DNA from: Felis catus
Lineage: Eukaryota
Assembly (NCBI RefSeq): GCF_018350175.1
Contig: NC_058368.1
Location: forward strand, 45,944,001 to 46,008,000
Length of the DNA stretch: 64,000 bases
Reading direction: 5' to 3'
This document shows, one piece after another, positions 38,301 to 52,090 of the stretch. Under the pieces are notes generated by a model. It was given only the letters and a program-made list of their open reading frames with translations. It was not told where the DNA came from and searched no databases. The number at the start of each line of letters is the position of its first letter. Position 1 is the first letter of the stretch. Made by a program: the position numbers and the translations under genes.

Positions 38301-39564
38301 TGCCCATAATAACTAAAATATGGTCAGTATAGAGTTCCCAACAACTTCAATGGACCACATGATTCATAACCTTGGTTTATGGAAGTAACAGAAGTGTGTA
38401 GGGAAGAAGCTTTCTGCCTTTAGTGGGCACAATCTTCAAATTCCTAAATATGAAATTTACATGGCAAGACAAATCTACTTGATCAATCAAACTACACGTA
38501 TTAAGTTAAGTACCATTTCATAATCCTGAATCCTCCCTAAAGAAGGATCCGTTTGAACATACATAGGGCTAGGAGAGTCAAGAGAAATAACCTTACATTT
38601 AAGGAACATTCTGGATCACAAGTTCACAAGTTTATTTGCCTCCCTCTTCTATCTTTTATTTGACATTTCTGATAACCCCTTTGTATCACAGTACTTTGCT
38701 TCTGAATTTTAGATCTCTTTTTTTTTTTTTTGTCCTTATTAACACAGCTCATTACTTGAGGTATCTGATCCTAATTCATCCTCTACTTCAATGTCCTGGT
38801 GGTCCCTGGGTCTGACATGCATTGCCTCCTCATGTTAGGACAGCCCACAACTTGGCTTCTGCCTACTTCCTGAAAAAGGCAATGCAACATCTGTCATACA
38901 CAGTCTCACTTTGTTGATAATAAAAAGAGGAAGACCTGATTTTAGACTCATTTTAGACTCATATGTCCATCACTGAAAGCACACGAACATTTCTGTGGTA
39001 GCACACTGTCATTCCAAAAACTGTGCTTTATTACTAATATTTATACATATGAAATATTTTTTTCTGGAAAATTTGTCTTAATGATGGGTTATCTTTAAGG
39101 CTCAAAAACATTTTGTTGCAAGAGTCACATTTACTTCAGTGAGTTCCTACAGTGTATAAAAACTGGCGAAGGAAGATGGTTCGGGGGCAAGAGCCAGGCA
39201 CAAGCTGGTAGAACACGGCAACTAGCATTTGCTTGGGCACACTGGGATATGGGCACTAAGCTCTGTGAGGAACAGAAGGATGGACACATTTTATCTTACC
39301 CTGAGATGCAGCATAAGCTGATTCAGAGTAACCCCGACTGATCTAGAAAAAGCCATGGACACAAGCTCCTTACCACAGGAGGGACGAACTCTATAACACA
39401 ACATGCTTTAAGCAGTATCAGAGCTGAAGCAAAACCATATCCCTTCATTCAGACAGTCTTGATCTTCTAGACAGGCAAGGTTTCCATAAATATGGTTTCC
39501 TGCAGACATGGTCAGGAGAGGCCAGGCATGCATACCTGAATCCATCTCTCTCTTGCTCAAAACA

Positions 39565-40530
39565 TTTCAGTGGACTTGGCATTTCAGTCATAGCAGAGAG
39601 GATGGGGAGGGAAATAAACCTACATTGGAGTCAAGGCTCTATATTTTATCATAATTAGTTTAATATTCTGAAATCAACTGTGATAACATAAAATGCAGAT
39701 TGTGTTCTCAAGAGAAACCATTAGGAAAATAAGGCAAAATTATATAGTTTAAAAGTCAACAGAAGAATAAATTGTCACAATAAAAAATATATAGATGCTA
39801 CAAAATAAGGCAGCAAAAAAGCTGCAAAGGAACAACAATGATACAACACACAAACTGAAAGCAAATACTGAAATGGCAGATATAAATTCAACAATATAGG
39901 TGAACTAAAAAAGCAGAGATAGTGAGACCAGTTAAAAAACCAAGACTCAACTATATAATGTTTGCGAAGAACACACCATAGATTCAGAAACACAAATAAG
40001 TTGAAAGTAAAAGGATGGTCATTTATATATATGGCAAAGAACATCCATGGAAGAGCTGGAGTGGCTCTATTAATATGAAACAAAATGGACTATAAGAAAT
40101 GTTATTATAGACAAAGGATGACATTTCATAGTGATAAAGGGGTAAGCTCATGAGGAAAATGTTTATGTACTTAATAACTGACCCTAAAATAGCTGAAGCA
40201 AAACTGACAGAATTGAAAGTATAAATAGGAAATTTGTCAATAATCCTCAGTGAATTCAATTCCCTCATTCTAAATAGTTTATAAGACAACTAGATAAAGA
40301 TCAGCAAAAATGTAAAAGATTAGAACAACATTATTAAGTAAACTGATAAATCGTAAGAATTGATATTTTTAAAACAATTCACCCAAAGACTGTAGGATAC
40401 AAATTATTTTAATTCTTCATGAAATACTTTTTCTGGATGGACTACATGCTGGGCCACAAAACAAGTATGAATCAATTTTTTAAGATTAAAATTGTATAAA
40501 ATATGTTTTCTGACCAGCCAGAATTAAACT
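39565..40530 (+). mobile_element. Old L1 inter-ORF and ORF2 endonuclease fragment
   Basis: 'caagactcaactata...aacacaaataagttgaaagtaaaaggatgg' (NTNKLKVKGW), 'ggccacaaaacaagt', 'ttttctgaccagccagaattaaactagaa'. Confidence 0.8.
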
Positions 40531-40707
40531 AGAATCTTCTATAAAAACAGAAACAAAGTAAAAGTCTAGGATTCTAGTTTGATTTCCACCAAAAACCTGT
40601 ATTCATGAGTAAATCACAAGCCAATTTTCTGAAATTGAATACTCATGTCACCTTATTGAGGTACTGTAGGGAAAAGCTAAAAAGACAGGCTGCTTAGGAA
40701 AACAGAA

Positions 40708-40930
40708 GGGGCGTCTGGGTGGCGCAGTCGGTTAAGCGTCCGACTTCAGCCAGGTCACGATCTCGCGGTCCCGGGAGTTCGAGCCCCGCGTCAGGCTCCG
40801 GGCTGATGGCTCGGAGCCTGGAGCCTGTTTCCGATTCTGTGTCTCCCTCTCTCTCTGCCCCTCCCCCGTTCATGCTCTGTCTCTCTCTGTCCCAAAAATC
40901 AATTAAAAAAAAAAAAGAAAAAAGAAAAAG
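40708..40930 (+). mobile_element. Young felid CAN-SINE
   Basis: ggggcgtctgggtggcgcagtcggttaagcgtccgacttcagccaggtcacgatctcgcgg; CpG-rich; A-rich tail. Confidence 0.96.
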
Positions 40931-41219
40931 AGAAGCAATTTCTATGTATAGTAATATAGGAAGACCTGACATAATTTTGAAATTTGGGCTCCAAGGAATA
41001 TTATGCTGATGCTCCTTACCTAACCTTAAGCACCTGGAATTGTCCTTCAATTGCCCTTTGGCCCTGGATAATTTTCTAGATTCTGCAGGGAACACTGACC
41101 AATACAGTAAGATTTTTGATTGGAATAACTACAAGTTAAGGAGACAAGTTTTTCTCTATTAACTAGAGGTACTATTGACTTACATGCACATTGTATGTAA
41201 TGCTAGGAACTCAAATGAT

Positions 41220-41434
41220 TTTTTATTTTTATTTTTACTTTTTAAAAACTCGTTATTCATTTTTTAGAGACAGAAAGAGCATTAGCAGGGGAGGGGCAGA
41301 GAGAGGGGGACAGAGGATCCAAAGTGGGCTCTGCACTGGTAGCAGTAAGCCACAGGGGCTTGAACCAATAAACTGTGAGATCATGACCTGAGCCAAAGTC
41401 GGTTGCTCAACCAACTGAGCCACCCAGGCACCCC
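41220..41434 (-). mobile_element. CAN-SINE
   Basis: Antisense SINE; diverged TSD ctcaaatgatttttt / ctcaaagtatttttt. Confidence 0.93.
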
Positions 41435-41619
41435 TCAAAGTATTTTTTAAAGATTGAGTACATATCAATAATACTTATAAGGTTTTTGGTTTTTTTAAAC
41501 CAACAATTTTTTAAAATAGATGACTATACTGAAATTGAAATTTTCTGCATAGATGCTGAGTATTTGCAAACATTAAAAAATAAAATAGGCACATGCGAGG
41601 AAAAGGTTAATGCAGCAGC

Positions 41620-42157
41620 CCTGTTTGATTCTGTTCTTGCTTATGTTGGCAGCCATGATGATTACACTTGGTCAAACTCTGAGAACCAACCAAGTGGAAT
41701 TTTCCCGGTTGCTGGGGAATGATACTACTTTCCATACCCAAAGAGGTGCATCAAGATGGACCAGGTTGTTAGCATGTTCAGAGTAAACATGAAGATTTAG
41801 GGTTGTGCATCTGATGCCCCGATTGGGGTCTGCACCATGGCTGGTCACATGACAGATATATGATTTGTTCTCTTTAAGAAATTTGAATTTGAAGACTTAG
41901 CAGGCTTTTTTTGGGCAAGGATACTGGTACATATCCCTGTAGTTTGCTGGTGGACAAAAATGTTCATCTCTGGAGGAAGGACAAGAAAGCCTCTTTGACT
42001 GATTACTCCAGCCCTTATCTATGTATTTTTTTTCCTGGATGTTCCTGTACTTTTTTTTTCTGTAATAAATGTGAGTCATAGGTATAATTTTATGCTAAGT
42101 CACATGAGTCCCTCCACTGAATCACTAAGCTTGCACGGCCGTGGGAGCACTGAGAGA
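41620..42157 (+). mobile_element. ERVL-type solo LTR (MER21/MER68/MER77-like)
   Basis: 3' end 'tgtaataaatgtgagtcataggtataattttatgctaagtcacatgagtccctccactgaatcactaagcttg' fits this group's U5 pattern. Confidence 0.55.
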
Positions 42158-42279
42158 GCAAATTTCATAATAATCTAATGAATTGGTTTATTATAATATA
42201 AGTGATACACTAAAAAATTATCCCCCATATAATTATTCGTGATTATCTCTTTTTCCTTTCAATACCATTAAAACACTCA

Positions 42280-42560
42280 TATGAGGTACCCAGTCAAATT
42301 CACAGGTACAGAAAGTAGACTGATGTTTTCCAGGGGTTGAGGAGAGGGGATCATGGAGAGTTGTATAATGGGTTCAGAGTTTTAGTTTTTCAAAAAAAAA
42401 AACAAAATTCTATGAATGTGTGATAGTGATGATTCACAATGTGTATGTACCTAATGCCACTGAACTGTGTACTGAAAAATGGTTACAATGGTAAATTTCA
42501 TGTTATGTATATTTTCTCACAATTTATTAAAGTAAGTAATTTATAACCTTAAAAAATACA
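42280..42560 (+). mobile_element. L1MB-type 3'UTR end
   Basis: 'gtcaaattcacaggtacagaaagtagactgatgttttccagggg...aatgccactgaactgtgtactgaaaaatggttacaatggtaaatttcatgttatgtatatttt'. Confidence 0.85.
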
Positions 42561-42749
42561 GTGTTTTAATATACAAAGCTTAAAGTTGGTGGGGGGGGTC
42601 ACTCAATAAATGTCTTTTCTTCCCTGTATTTAATTTCTTTTAACTCAATTTCAGTGACCAACTAGCTATGTTAACTAAGGTGTTTGAACAAATTAAAACT
42701 TCCCAAGAAAAAATAGTTCATTCTTTCCCATTCTTACTGTTTCTCCTCT

Positions 42750-43720
42750 ATTTCAGAACTGAAATTTATTGCCTAATTGTCGATGATGTCACATGACCCT
42801 ATGAGACCAGAAGGATCTGCTTACAGCCCATATCCCTTTCCCATTTAAATATCTTTTTTGATTCCTCAAAGCCAGTTATAATATACTTCAATTCCCATAG
42901 TCTAGTCTTCAAGACCCTTTATTTGGCCTTAAGTCACTACGTTTCCCTTTCCCTTTCTGCAAAATACATTTCCAATCCTGAATTTCTCACTCATACCCAA
43001 GTATGCCATTCTTTTATATCTCTAAGCCTTCCTCTGAATCTCTATAGAGAATTACCTTTCCCCCTTTTATGACACGAGATAGGGTAACGTGTGACAGAAT
43101 GTATTTATTGTTCAAGACCTGCTTCGATTGTCACCTCCTCTCTGAAGTCCTCCTCACACCAGATTTTTCCAGAATTAACACTGATTTGCACATTATCTTA
43201 CAAAAGCACTGGGTCTACTCCTCTTTTGTAGTACCATAAGAGCAGCATAATTACATTCAAACTTTTCCCTGCTCCTTGCAAAGGCAGGATTAAACTTTTC
43301 CAGCAGGATGATGTCAATCTTGGCTGTGTTATTTGGTCTGGCGAGTAAAATATGAGTGGAATTGATGGGTGCCTCTTCCAGGCAGAAAATTTGAAGTCAG
43401 AAATGTTTCACAGGGAGGCTATTCCTTTAGCTTGAGTTCTATAGTGAAAATGACATAGGGAAGAACCACAGTGCAACCATGATGACAATCTTAGTTGTTA
43501 TAAACCACTGTGATTTGGGGGACGTTGGTTATGACCTAGATTATCCTTACTGATACAAGCACTAACTGTGCTCTGTTTTATTAATTTGTCTATATATCTG
43601 GCTGTTCCATGAGATTCAGGGTATCAGAAATTGTTACTTATCTTTATTATTTCATTGCCTCGCACTTTGTTCAGTTTGTAGATAGTCAATATACTTTTTG
43701 TATGAATGGACAAATAGATC
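42750..43720 (+). mobile_element. L2 fragments with an embedded MLT1 LTR piece (~43250-43555)
   Basis: L2-like 'gtcacctcctctctgaagtcc' and 3' end 'gtagatagtcaatatactttttgtatgaatgga'; MLT1-like end 'gttataaaccactgtgatttggggg...ccttactgataca'. Confidence 0.55.
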
Positions 43721-45219
43721 AAAGAGGGGATAAAGCTTTAGAGCTACTCCAGTCATTATTGTTCTGCTCAATTATGTGGAGTTATTTTTCACTGCATCAG
43801 AAATGTTGCTTACTCAGTATTCATACATATGAGTGTTTTCATCAACTGGTTTGTTGGGTTAATGATTTGGTCATTCCTTGAAGAGACAGTGATTTAACCT
43901 AATAGAGATCAAAGCTACTGATGTTTCCTGAATTTAGATTAGATAAGTATTGCACCTTTCTAGTGTGTGTTTCACCATTTTGTTTATGGAGTGTGAAATA
44001 TATAGCCTTGTGCTGTTTCTGCACCCTTCATCCATGCATAGCCAACAATATACTGTACGCCCCATTTCTGCTAACCTTGGCAAATTAGCAGAGGTATTTG
44101 GGTAATCAGGCAGTTGAGTGTTTGTGTAGTTTATCACTTTTTATGAAAAGGGAAATGTGTTAAGGAGGATTAAGCAGAAGAATAACTATCAGAGGCTTAT
44201 ATTTAGAATATTGCTGTAGTAAAATGAAAAAAAAGTGATGCCAAGTACTTCATTAAAAAATATTGAATTTCATTAGTAAGGTGATCTGACAAAACCAAAA
44301 CCACACAGTCCATTTCTTTTTCTTGTCAGTGAGAGAAGAGAGAAACGTTTATTTTCCTTTTGTCTTTTATATTTGAGAGCACTGGTCCACCTTTAATTCC
44401 GTGTGACTAGCTATCTATATTTTTTTAAGCTAAGATTGCAATCCTTTGAGAACAATGTTGACAGCTTTGAGCTGACAAAGAATCATTATAATCAGTGCTG
44501 AAGATATGAAATCACAATGAGAAAGAATTCATGTTTACAGTAGCAGGGACCACACACTGTGATAGTTTGCATTAGAAACTCAGCAGGTGTAGTATGCAAA
44601 ACTGAATCACAGTAGAGGATTTAAAGACCTTATGATATGAAAAGGTCATTTTTGTTCAACTACCTGTCTACTGTGTTAAAATAAAAATAAAATATTTCCA
44701 TCAAATTCTGCAGAAGATAACAAATTGTGTACACATGAACTCAAAGCTTCCATGGCGTTTATGCAAAATTATATTAATTATCTGCCTTAATGTCAACATC
44801 ATTTGAGTGCCAGATACAAAAGAAGTTGAATAAAAGCATTACAGATGACATTATACATGTGCAGGAAAGAAAAAAAAAAGCAAATTAGAAATGGTAGATC
44901 TTAAAAATATCTAAGAAAACAGTAACAAGTGTTCAATTGTTAAGGGGTGGACTGAGCTGTACAGATGAAGTTTTGACAAAGTAATAAAGACAGGGTGACA
45001 CTGTACATTTAAGGGATGACATTCACTGTAACCACTGAACATAATGGCATCATTTCAACTCTACTCTTCATCTAGACCATGGGAAAGGTGGTTATATAAG
45101 GAAAGTTAGATTAGTTGTACCTAAAAAATTGTCAAGTAGTGAATTTTCATTCTTATAACCTACTTGTTCATCTCTGTTTTGAATGTTTGACATCTCAGTA
45201 ATATTTCCCTTCCTATCTT

Positions 45220-45730
45220 TCACTTAGTCATTCTTTGTTAGTGATTTATAAAACACCTGTTATATCGAGGCACTAGAGAATCACAGAGATATAGAATATG
45301 CTTCCCTTTTTGAGGAACTGATGGAAGAGATGAACATATAAACATAACTACAATAATGTCATTAGACATATGGGAACCACAAAGAAGAAATCACTTAACC
45401 CTGCCTAAGCTGACAAGAATTCACAGTGGAGCTAGCATATGAGCTCAGAGTTTTTTTCTATGGGTACTTGCTTGCTGGGTAAATAAATGGGTCATTTCCT
45501 GCAGAGAAAACATTACATAAAATGCATAGAGAAATCAGTAAGCAGTTTTCTGAAACTGGCTTCCATAGTGTGAAAAATGGCTAAATGGAAACAGATGAGT
45601 GGTGGCCATAATCCAGATGACTATATTCTGAGAAGTATAGGTTTTATCCTATTTAATGAAGAGTCATAGAAGGGTATTAAGCAGGGAAAAATATTAACTG
45701 GTTTACATCTTTTAAAAGAATTTGGAAGAT
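45220..45730 (-). mobile_element. L2 fragment
   Basis: 'aaaacacctgttatatcgaggcactag...tgaggaactgatgg...ggttttatcctatttaatgaagagtcatagaagggtattaagcaggga'. Confidence 0.65.
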
Positions 45731-45840
45731 TTTTCAGAGGAAACTAAAAACTGCAGTTAAGTCGCTAAAAACCTAATACTCTCATTTTCTCCACCATGAA
45801 CATTTTCAGTCTTGAAAGTACTTTAAAGATACTCCTTTTA

Positions 45841-46019
45841 GGGTGCCTGGGTGGCTCAATCAGGACTGATCATCTGACTCTTGATTTTGGCTCAGGTCAT
45901 GATCCCAGGGTCATGGAATCCAGCCCCGCATAGGAGTCTATGCTGAGTGGAGAGGCTGCTTAAGATTCTCTCTCCCTCTGCTCCTCTCCCTACTCCTGTA
46001 TGCTCTATGTCTCAAAAGA
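45841..46019 (+). mobile_element. Older CAN-SINE
   Basis: gggtgcctgggtggctc head; TSD aaagatactcctttta / aaaggtactcctttta. Confidence 0.92.
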
Positions 46020-46050
46020 AAAGGTACTCCTTTTAAAGTTCAACTGCCAT

Positions 46051-46274
46051 GGGGCGCCTGGGTGGCGCAGTCGGTTAAGCGTCCGACTTCAGCCTGGTCA
46101 CGATCTCGTGGTCCGTGAGTTCGAGCCCCGCGTCAGGCTCTGGGCTGATGGCTCAGAGCCTGGAGCCTGTTTCCGATTCTGTGTCTCCCTCTCTCTCTGC
46201 CCCTCCCCCATTCATGCTCTGTCTCTCTCTGTCCCAAAAATAAATAAATGTTGAAAAAAAAATTAAAAAAAAAA
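46051..46274 (+). mobile_element. Young felid CAN-SINE
   Basis: Near-consensus CpG-rich body; perfect TSD TAAAGTTCAACTGCC at 46034-46048 and 46275-46289. Confidence 0.97.
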
Positions 46275-48359
46275 TAAAGTTCAACTGCCTAACAACAACT
46301 TAAAAGTATTATTATGCTCTCAGTAATATATCTTGCATAAGAATTATCCAAGCCACGATAAAACCAATAGTGAAATTTCTAGTACTAGCCTTTAGGGAAC
46401 AGTGGTAATATTCAGGTAATTAACATCCAGAAACCACCACCAGTGGGTAGCTTAGATGATCTGTAAGATACTTATCTCTTTAGTCATGTAGAAAAATGAA
46501 GAGGTGAAGTGGGATGATGGCCTTGAATTACTCCCGGGCCATTCTAATTCTCCATAGCACTGTCCCTAAAAGGTTACATTCCATCCTATAGTATTAGGCA
46601 CTCAGAGATCTTTCACTATCTTCCTTCTAGGACCTGTTGCTTTAAATCTTTAAGTTAAACTCCAAGCTTTGTTAACCATAATTATCAGGTAGATTCCCAA
46701 GTCCATTTAAGAGTCTCCACTGGCTAAATTATGTCTATAAATGTTTGGAAGATTATTTTAGTACTGCTTTTGTATCACATATAATACAGTGATTTACCCT
46801 CTTCATTCATTAATGAGTCTGGATTCTCATTCTGACTACATTTCAGTAACTTACAATATTTACTTAGATATCCAACACCACACTCTCTTCAACCTTGTCC
46901 ATTGGATATCAGGTTATTTAGTCTCCTGGGCCAGGGCTGCATGTCCCTATTCAAGAATTTGGCATATATTACTTTTTTTCCAGATTAAAAAAAATCTAAT
47001 GAAAAATGGAAAATCTGAAAAATTTCACAACTTGGTTGGGAAATATTTAAGAACAAGAAAAACATACAAACATGTCTAAGTAATAACATAATTATTAAGA
47101 TTTTAGGGTTTAATATTTTAGATGAAATTCATTAAAATATCAATGAAAATCACAAATTCATTCTTCAAGCTTCTCCTTTCTGATAGCTTTCAATTTGAAA
47201 CAATTCCTCAATCCGTTTCCAAACTGTGACTTAGAGTCTTAATACATTTTGGTTTTTGAATGGTATTAATTTCAATCATCTCCTTTTATTTATGATAAAT
47301 GAAAGTGAATTCAGTTTCATTTAATGAGAAATTAATATCTTAGTATATTCAAAATTCATTTGAAGTTTTCATAAAGTGAAGTGCATTTTCTTATATTCAA
47401 ACAGATTTTTAAAAACACAAGTATTCTGTGGTTTCATTCATACATGTTTTTATTCCTTCATTTAACATGCATAGATACTTATTCAGGAGTCAAAATCTAT
47501 ATGGGTACTACCTGAGAAAAGTTCACTCTTTAGTGAAAGGAGATACAGATGAACACAAATAACTATAAAAAGACTTTATACATGAACACTAGGGTATTGT
47601 GGGAGCACAAAAATGGTTCCTTTATTCTTTACATTTCAGTAGAAAATAAAGATGTAAAAAGTAACTAGAAAATAAATCATCACACTTGTGGTAATGCCAA
47701 AAGGGAGAAACACAAAGTGTCAGGAAATCATTAAAAATGAGGGCCAATTAAATCACAACATAGCTTTTCATATAATCTCTCTCTTATTCAACTGTTGATG
47801 CTACTATGTGTCAAATACTACAATAATGTAATACCTAACAGCCACTGGTCTAGGTGTTAATACACAATATCCCATTTATATCCCATTTCATTCCTACGTC
47901 AGATCTGAGGTAGCCATTACTGTCTCCATGTCACTCATGGTCAAATAGAAGATCAGAAAAAATAAACAATTTGTCAAAAGTCATATAACTATTGATATCA
48001 AAACAGAAATCTAAATCCAAAATTATCTGACTCCATAGCTCATTCTCCTCCCCCTGATTTTAAAGTGAACAAAGCATTCATCATTCTTCTATTTACAAAT
48101 AGGGAAACAGATTTAGAGTAATTAATTTGTCCAACACAAATTAGAAGATAGATATTTGAAGCCAGGCTTTCTGACTTATCATTTAAAATACTTTCATTTC
48201 AAGTCATTGAGTCTACTGTTTTTGTGTATGTGCTGTATGTTAGCATTTTAAGTAAATTAATGAGGTGAATACAATTCATAGAACATTTTCTTAATGAATT
48301 TTTCTGAATGCAAAAATATGAAATTTCTTAGCATTTAATGTTTCTATCACAGAAATCTT

Positions 48360-50030
48360 TAAATTTTCTGCGCTAGACCTGTAGATAGATGAATAAATCT
48401 AAGAGCAACTTCCCTTACTAACAAAACTGAATAATTAATAACCCAGTGATTATCTATGACACTTCACAATTGAGACCATGATATCATGAAACCATGTTAC
48501 AATAACTGATAAATTCTCAAACTCAAATTACTGGCTTTCATGAAGAACGAATGAAATTTTAACCTAGATTTAAAAACTGCGAATATGAAAAGTCATAGCA
48601 GAATAGACTGAGGTGGGTATCCATATTAAGGATCAGCCTGGTGAGAAGCACCAAAGCCCAACAACAGTGAAAGGGGTGTCCACAAGGGGGCATGGCCTAG
48701 GGTGTTGGTGCCTAAGTGTATCCTCAGAGCTAGATGACCCAAGCCAGAATCTAAGAACAGCGACGAGAATACGCATTGAAGAGATATGGTAGAATCTAAA
48801 TAAATAATAACAGTAATGATTTTAACCTTTGAATTAAAAAGGAACCAAGAATCCCCACTTAAATAAGTAGCTAAATAAATAAATAGAACATTTGCTAACA
48901 GATGTGATAATTACATAAGTCAAAGTACTCCCTATACAACTCTTAGGAATTGCCAAAGGAAAAATAGTAACTTCACAGTTCGAGAAGCCTGGGAGACAGT
49001 ACATTATTTGTGTGGTCAGAGTAAATATTACCAGTAATGGAAAAAAATAAAATCCTCCATCTGATAAAACGCAATGAGAAGAACCATTATATCACTTCTA
49101 TGGTATTCTGCCAAACGCACATAACCAAGATGAAGCCACGCAGACACTAAAGACAGACCCATATTCGAAGGGCTTTCTAATCTGCCTGCAATCTTCAAAA
49201 GTGTCGAGGATATGAAAGTCAGTCGAAGACTGAACAACTTGCAAAATGAAGTAGACTAAAGAGATATGGCAATTAAGTGGGGCATGTGATTCTGGATTAT
49301 ATTAGGTTTCATTAGCTGTTAATAAATCACCACCAATTTAGTGGCCTAGAGCAAGTGAATTTATTATCTTCTATAGGTCAGAATTCCAACACAGCCTCAC
49401 CCCAGTTAAAATCAAGGTATTGGCACTGCTGCATCCCTTTCCGAAGGCTCTAAAGGAGGTTCCGTTTCCACACCCATTTAGCTTGTTGGCAGAATTCAGT
49501 TCCTTGTACACGGCCCCCTACATCTTGGGACCTGCAACTGGACATGATCAAAGCCGAATCCTTCTCTTGCTGCCATCGATTAGTCTTTGACCACAGCTGG
49601 AAAAGGTTCTCTACTTGTAAGAATTTGTGTGATTAGTTTGGGCTCACCTGGATAATTCAGGTTAATCTTCTCAGCTTGTGGTCCCTAACCTTAATCACAT
49701 TTTGCCATGTAAGGAAACCTATTCGCAGGTTTTGGCCATTAGGATTGAAAATCTTTGAAGATGTGCATGGTGGTGGGGCGGAGGGGAGGATTTCTGCCCA
49801 CCACATGTGACTTCTTGTTCTAAAAGACATTAGTGGGTAACTTGCAAAAATCAGAAACAGTTTTAATTTTTGAGCAAGTACCACTGATACTGTGTGACTT
49901 TGGGCAAATGTATAGCCATCTGAGGGACATACGCAGATAACCTGATCTTTGAAAAGGACAGGAGAGTACAGAAACCAGTTTTGCCTTAGGGCCATATTTC
50001 TGTAGTATATGTTTAAGCAGCATGAGTTAG
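48360..50030 (+). mobile_element. L1MC/L1ME-type 3'UTR interrupted by an MLT1 LTR
   Basis: 'aaaatagtaacttcacagttcgagaagcctgg...tatcacttctatggtattctgccaaa...gactaaagagatatggcaattaagtgg', resumes 'aaaagacattagtggg' after 49805. Confidence 0.65.
49296..49805 (-). mobile_element. MaLR solo LTR (MLT1D/E-like)
   Basis: 'aaaatcaaggtattggca...ttgttggcagaattcagttccttg...gattagtttgggctcacctggataattcagg...ttctgcccaccaca'. Confidence 0.85.
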
Positions 50031-52090
50031 CTAAGCTGTTTGTCGACGCTAACTGCTTGCTTATATTTGTAGAACTTTTCGGATTCATTTTATTCAACTG
50101 TTGTGCAGTGATTTTATTGTTCAAAGGTAAGAATAACTAGAACCACTCATTCTTACCCCCTAACCTTACATTTCAGTTAAAATTCTATGTCTCAATCAGT
50201 GCAGTTTATATGATAAAGTTGCATACAAAACTCCTGCATAAAGATATATTAAATCAGGAAAAAAGTTTTGGTTGCTTTCTTCTAGTTAATATTTTATTTA
50301 GTGTATCTACATGAGAGTATAGTAACTCCTTTAGTGTGGTCAGTCTTTGTTTTTGTTTTTGAAATTTGCTTTAGTTATTTACTTTGGAAATTCATTTACA
50401 GGCAAGAGCAGTTTAATCCCAATTTTCACTGTATTTTGCCTACCAAAATAGAAATCAGGTCAAAAACCCCAGAAGAATAAAGTAATTAACCTGAATACCA
50501 CATTGAATCGGTTTTCCTAATATAGGTGCCCTGTAAATAATGCATGCTTTCTTTAAAATGATCAAACCAATAATGAATAAAGGAGAATATTTTCCATTTA
50601 TAGACCCATAAGTTGGCAGCTGTGGCTGTGACTGTTTCATGTATGAGGTGTGTGTGTGTACAGCCAAACTCACGGAAATACAATTATATGCTGATAAATA
50701 CTATAAATGTTTAATTTCCGAACCTGGAGAGGCTTACTTACTGTTAATTGCTTCAAATCATTAACAAAGAGAAATTGAATAAAACATCTATTGTTATAAA
50801 AATGACTTGCTATTCACCAGGAAAAGATAAATGATTAGAACAATTTGCCTTCCATACTCTAATTTCAATCTAAATGTCTGCTTAAGTACAACATAATATA
50901 CAAATCATTCATTAATATTTTACATTTTGCCTATTTTAGCTTTTAAATATTTTACAAGATGTTTCTTTCTGAAAATAATAATTTCAAAAGCCATATTAAA
51001 ATCACAGTAAAATAGAGTAAAAAGTAAACTTCAAGACATTAAATGATTTTCTTGATGTTATATAGTCAATAAACAACTGAATTAATACAAGTTTTGAAGT
51101 TTTCAGAATTCCAACCCAGTAATTTTCCCACTAAATCATAAAATGATGAATAAAACCTGAAAACAGAAGCCTTAACCAAACTTCTTATACAACTAGTAAT
51201 TAAGTTAATTTTAAAAATGTATTTTCTTTTTAAGTATACAAATGTTTTATATAATTTTTTGCTAGCATGGTTTTTGACTATAGTATACTTTAAGTTTTTA
51301 AATAATTGGGCCCCTCATTACTATGATTGAAATCATAAAGAATTATAAAATCACAAATTTTTAAAGAGGAGTGGATAACTTAGTTATATTTTTTGTTCAT
51401 ATTTTGTGATCACATTGTCCATTGGTAGCATTAAGGTAATTACATTGCTATTAAGAGAAAAAAGACCTTTGCTGGCTTTTTGGGCCTAGATAATGAGCTC
51501 ATGTGTATTTACTTGTGCTGTATTTAATGACACTTTCATTTTGTATCACTCAGATGATTCTTATCATAAATGACATTCTCTAGTAGTAAGCAACAGAATT
51601 ACTTCATTCTTTTGGGACACAAGTGCCTTAATGAATTAATATACTACTATCTTGGCTTACAAATTGATGGATCAAATAAATAACAAATTTAGCAAATATT
51701 TGTAAGACATAAACAAGTCATTTTCAAGGAAATAATTTCAGACTGTCACAATTCTGTTTTGCCATTTCTCCCTGGATATTTTACGATTCAGAAGTAAGAG
51801 AATTAGAGGTAAAACGTGGGAAAAAAGGAGGGGGAATGAAAGAGGAACAATTTAAAATGGTTTGGTAGATATACACACAGAGAGAAACTGAGACGCGTAA
51901 CAGAGTGATAGAGAAACAAATATGACTCCGTGTGGACTCAATGTGGAAGAGGTATGACAGAGTGATAGGGAAACAAATATGACTCAACATGGAAGGAAAG
52001 ATCAGCCAAATATACAAAAGAACTGGGAAATGGCAAAAGAGATTGCAAAAAATATTTCTGGAGATTATGAATTGAAATACTTAAAAAACA

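Noticed and set aside
39130..39565. GC-richer block that may be an LTR
   Set aside because: I could not assign a family or find termini, so it is not listed as a feature.
40694..41095. ORFs overlapping SINEs (also 4585-4872, 46000-46254 and others) and tRNA-like boxes
   Set aside because: Incidental CAN-SINE translations; the tRNA-like head is part of the SINE, not a tRNA gene.
41486..41722. 78-aa ORF with protein-like composition
   Set aside because: TTG start, runs into an LTR-like element, and has no recognisable homology or splice context.
49657..50124. 155-aa minus-strand ORF, the longest in the window
   Set aside because: Spans an L1 3'UTR/MLT1 junction; no coding signature.
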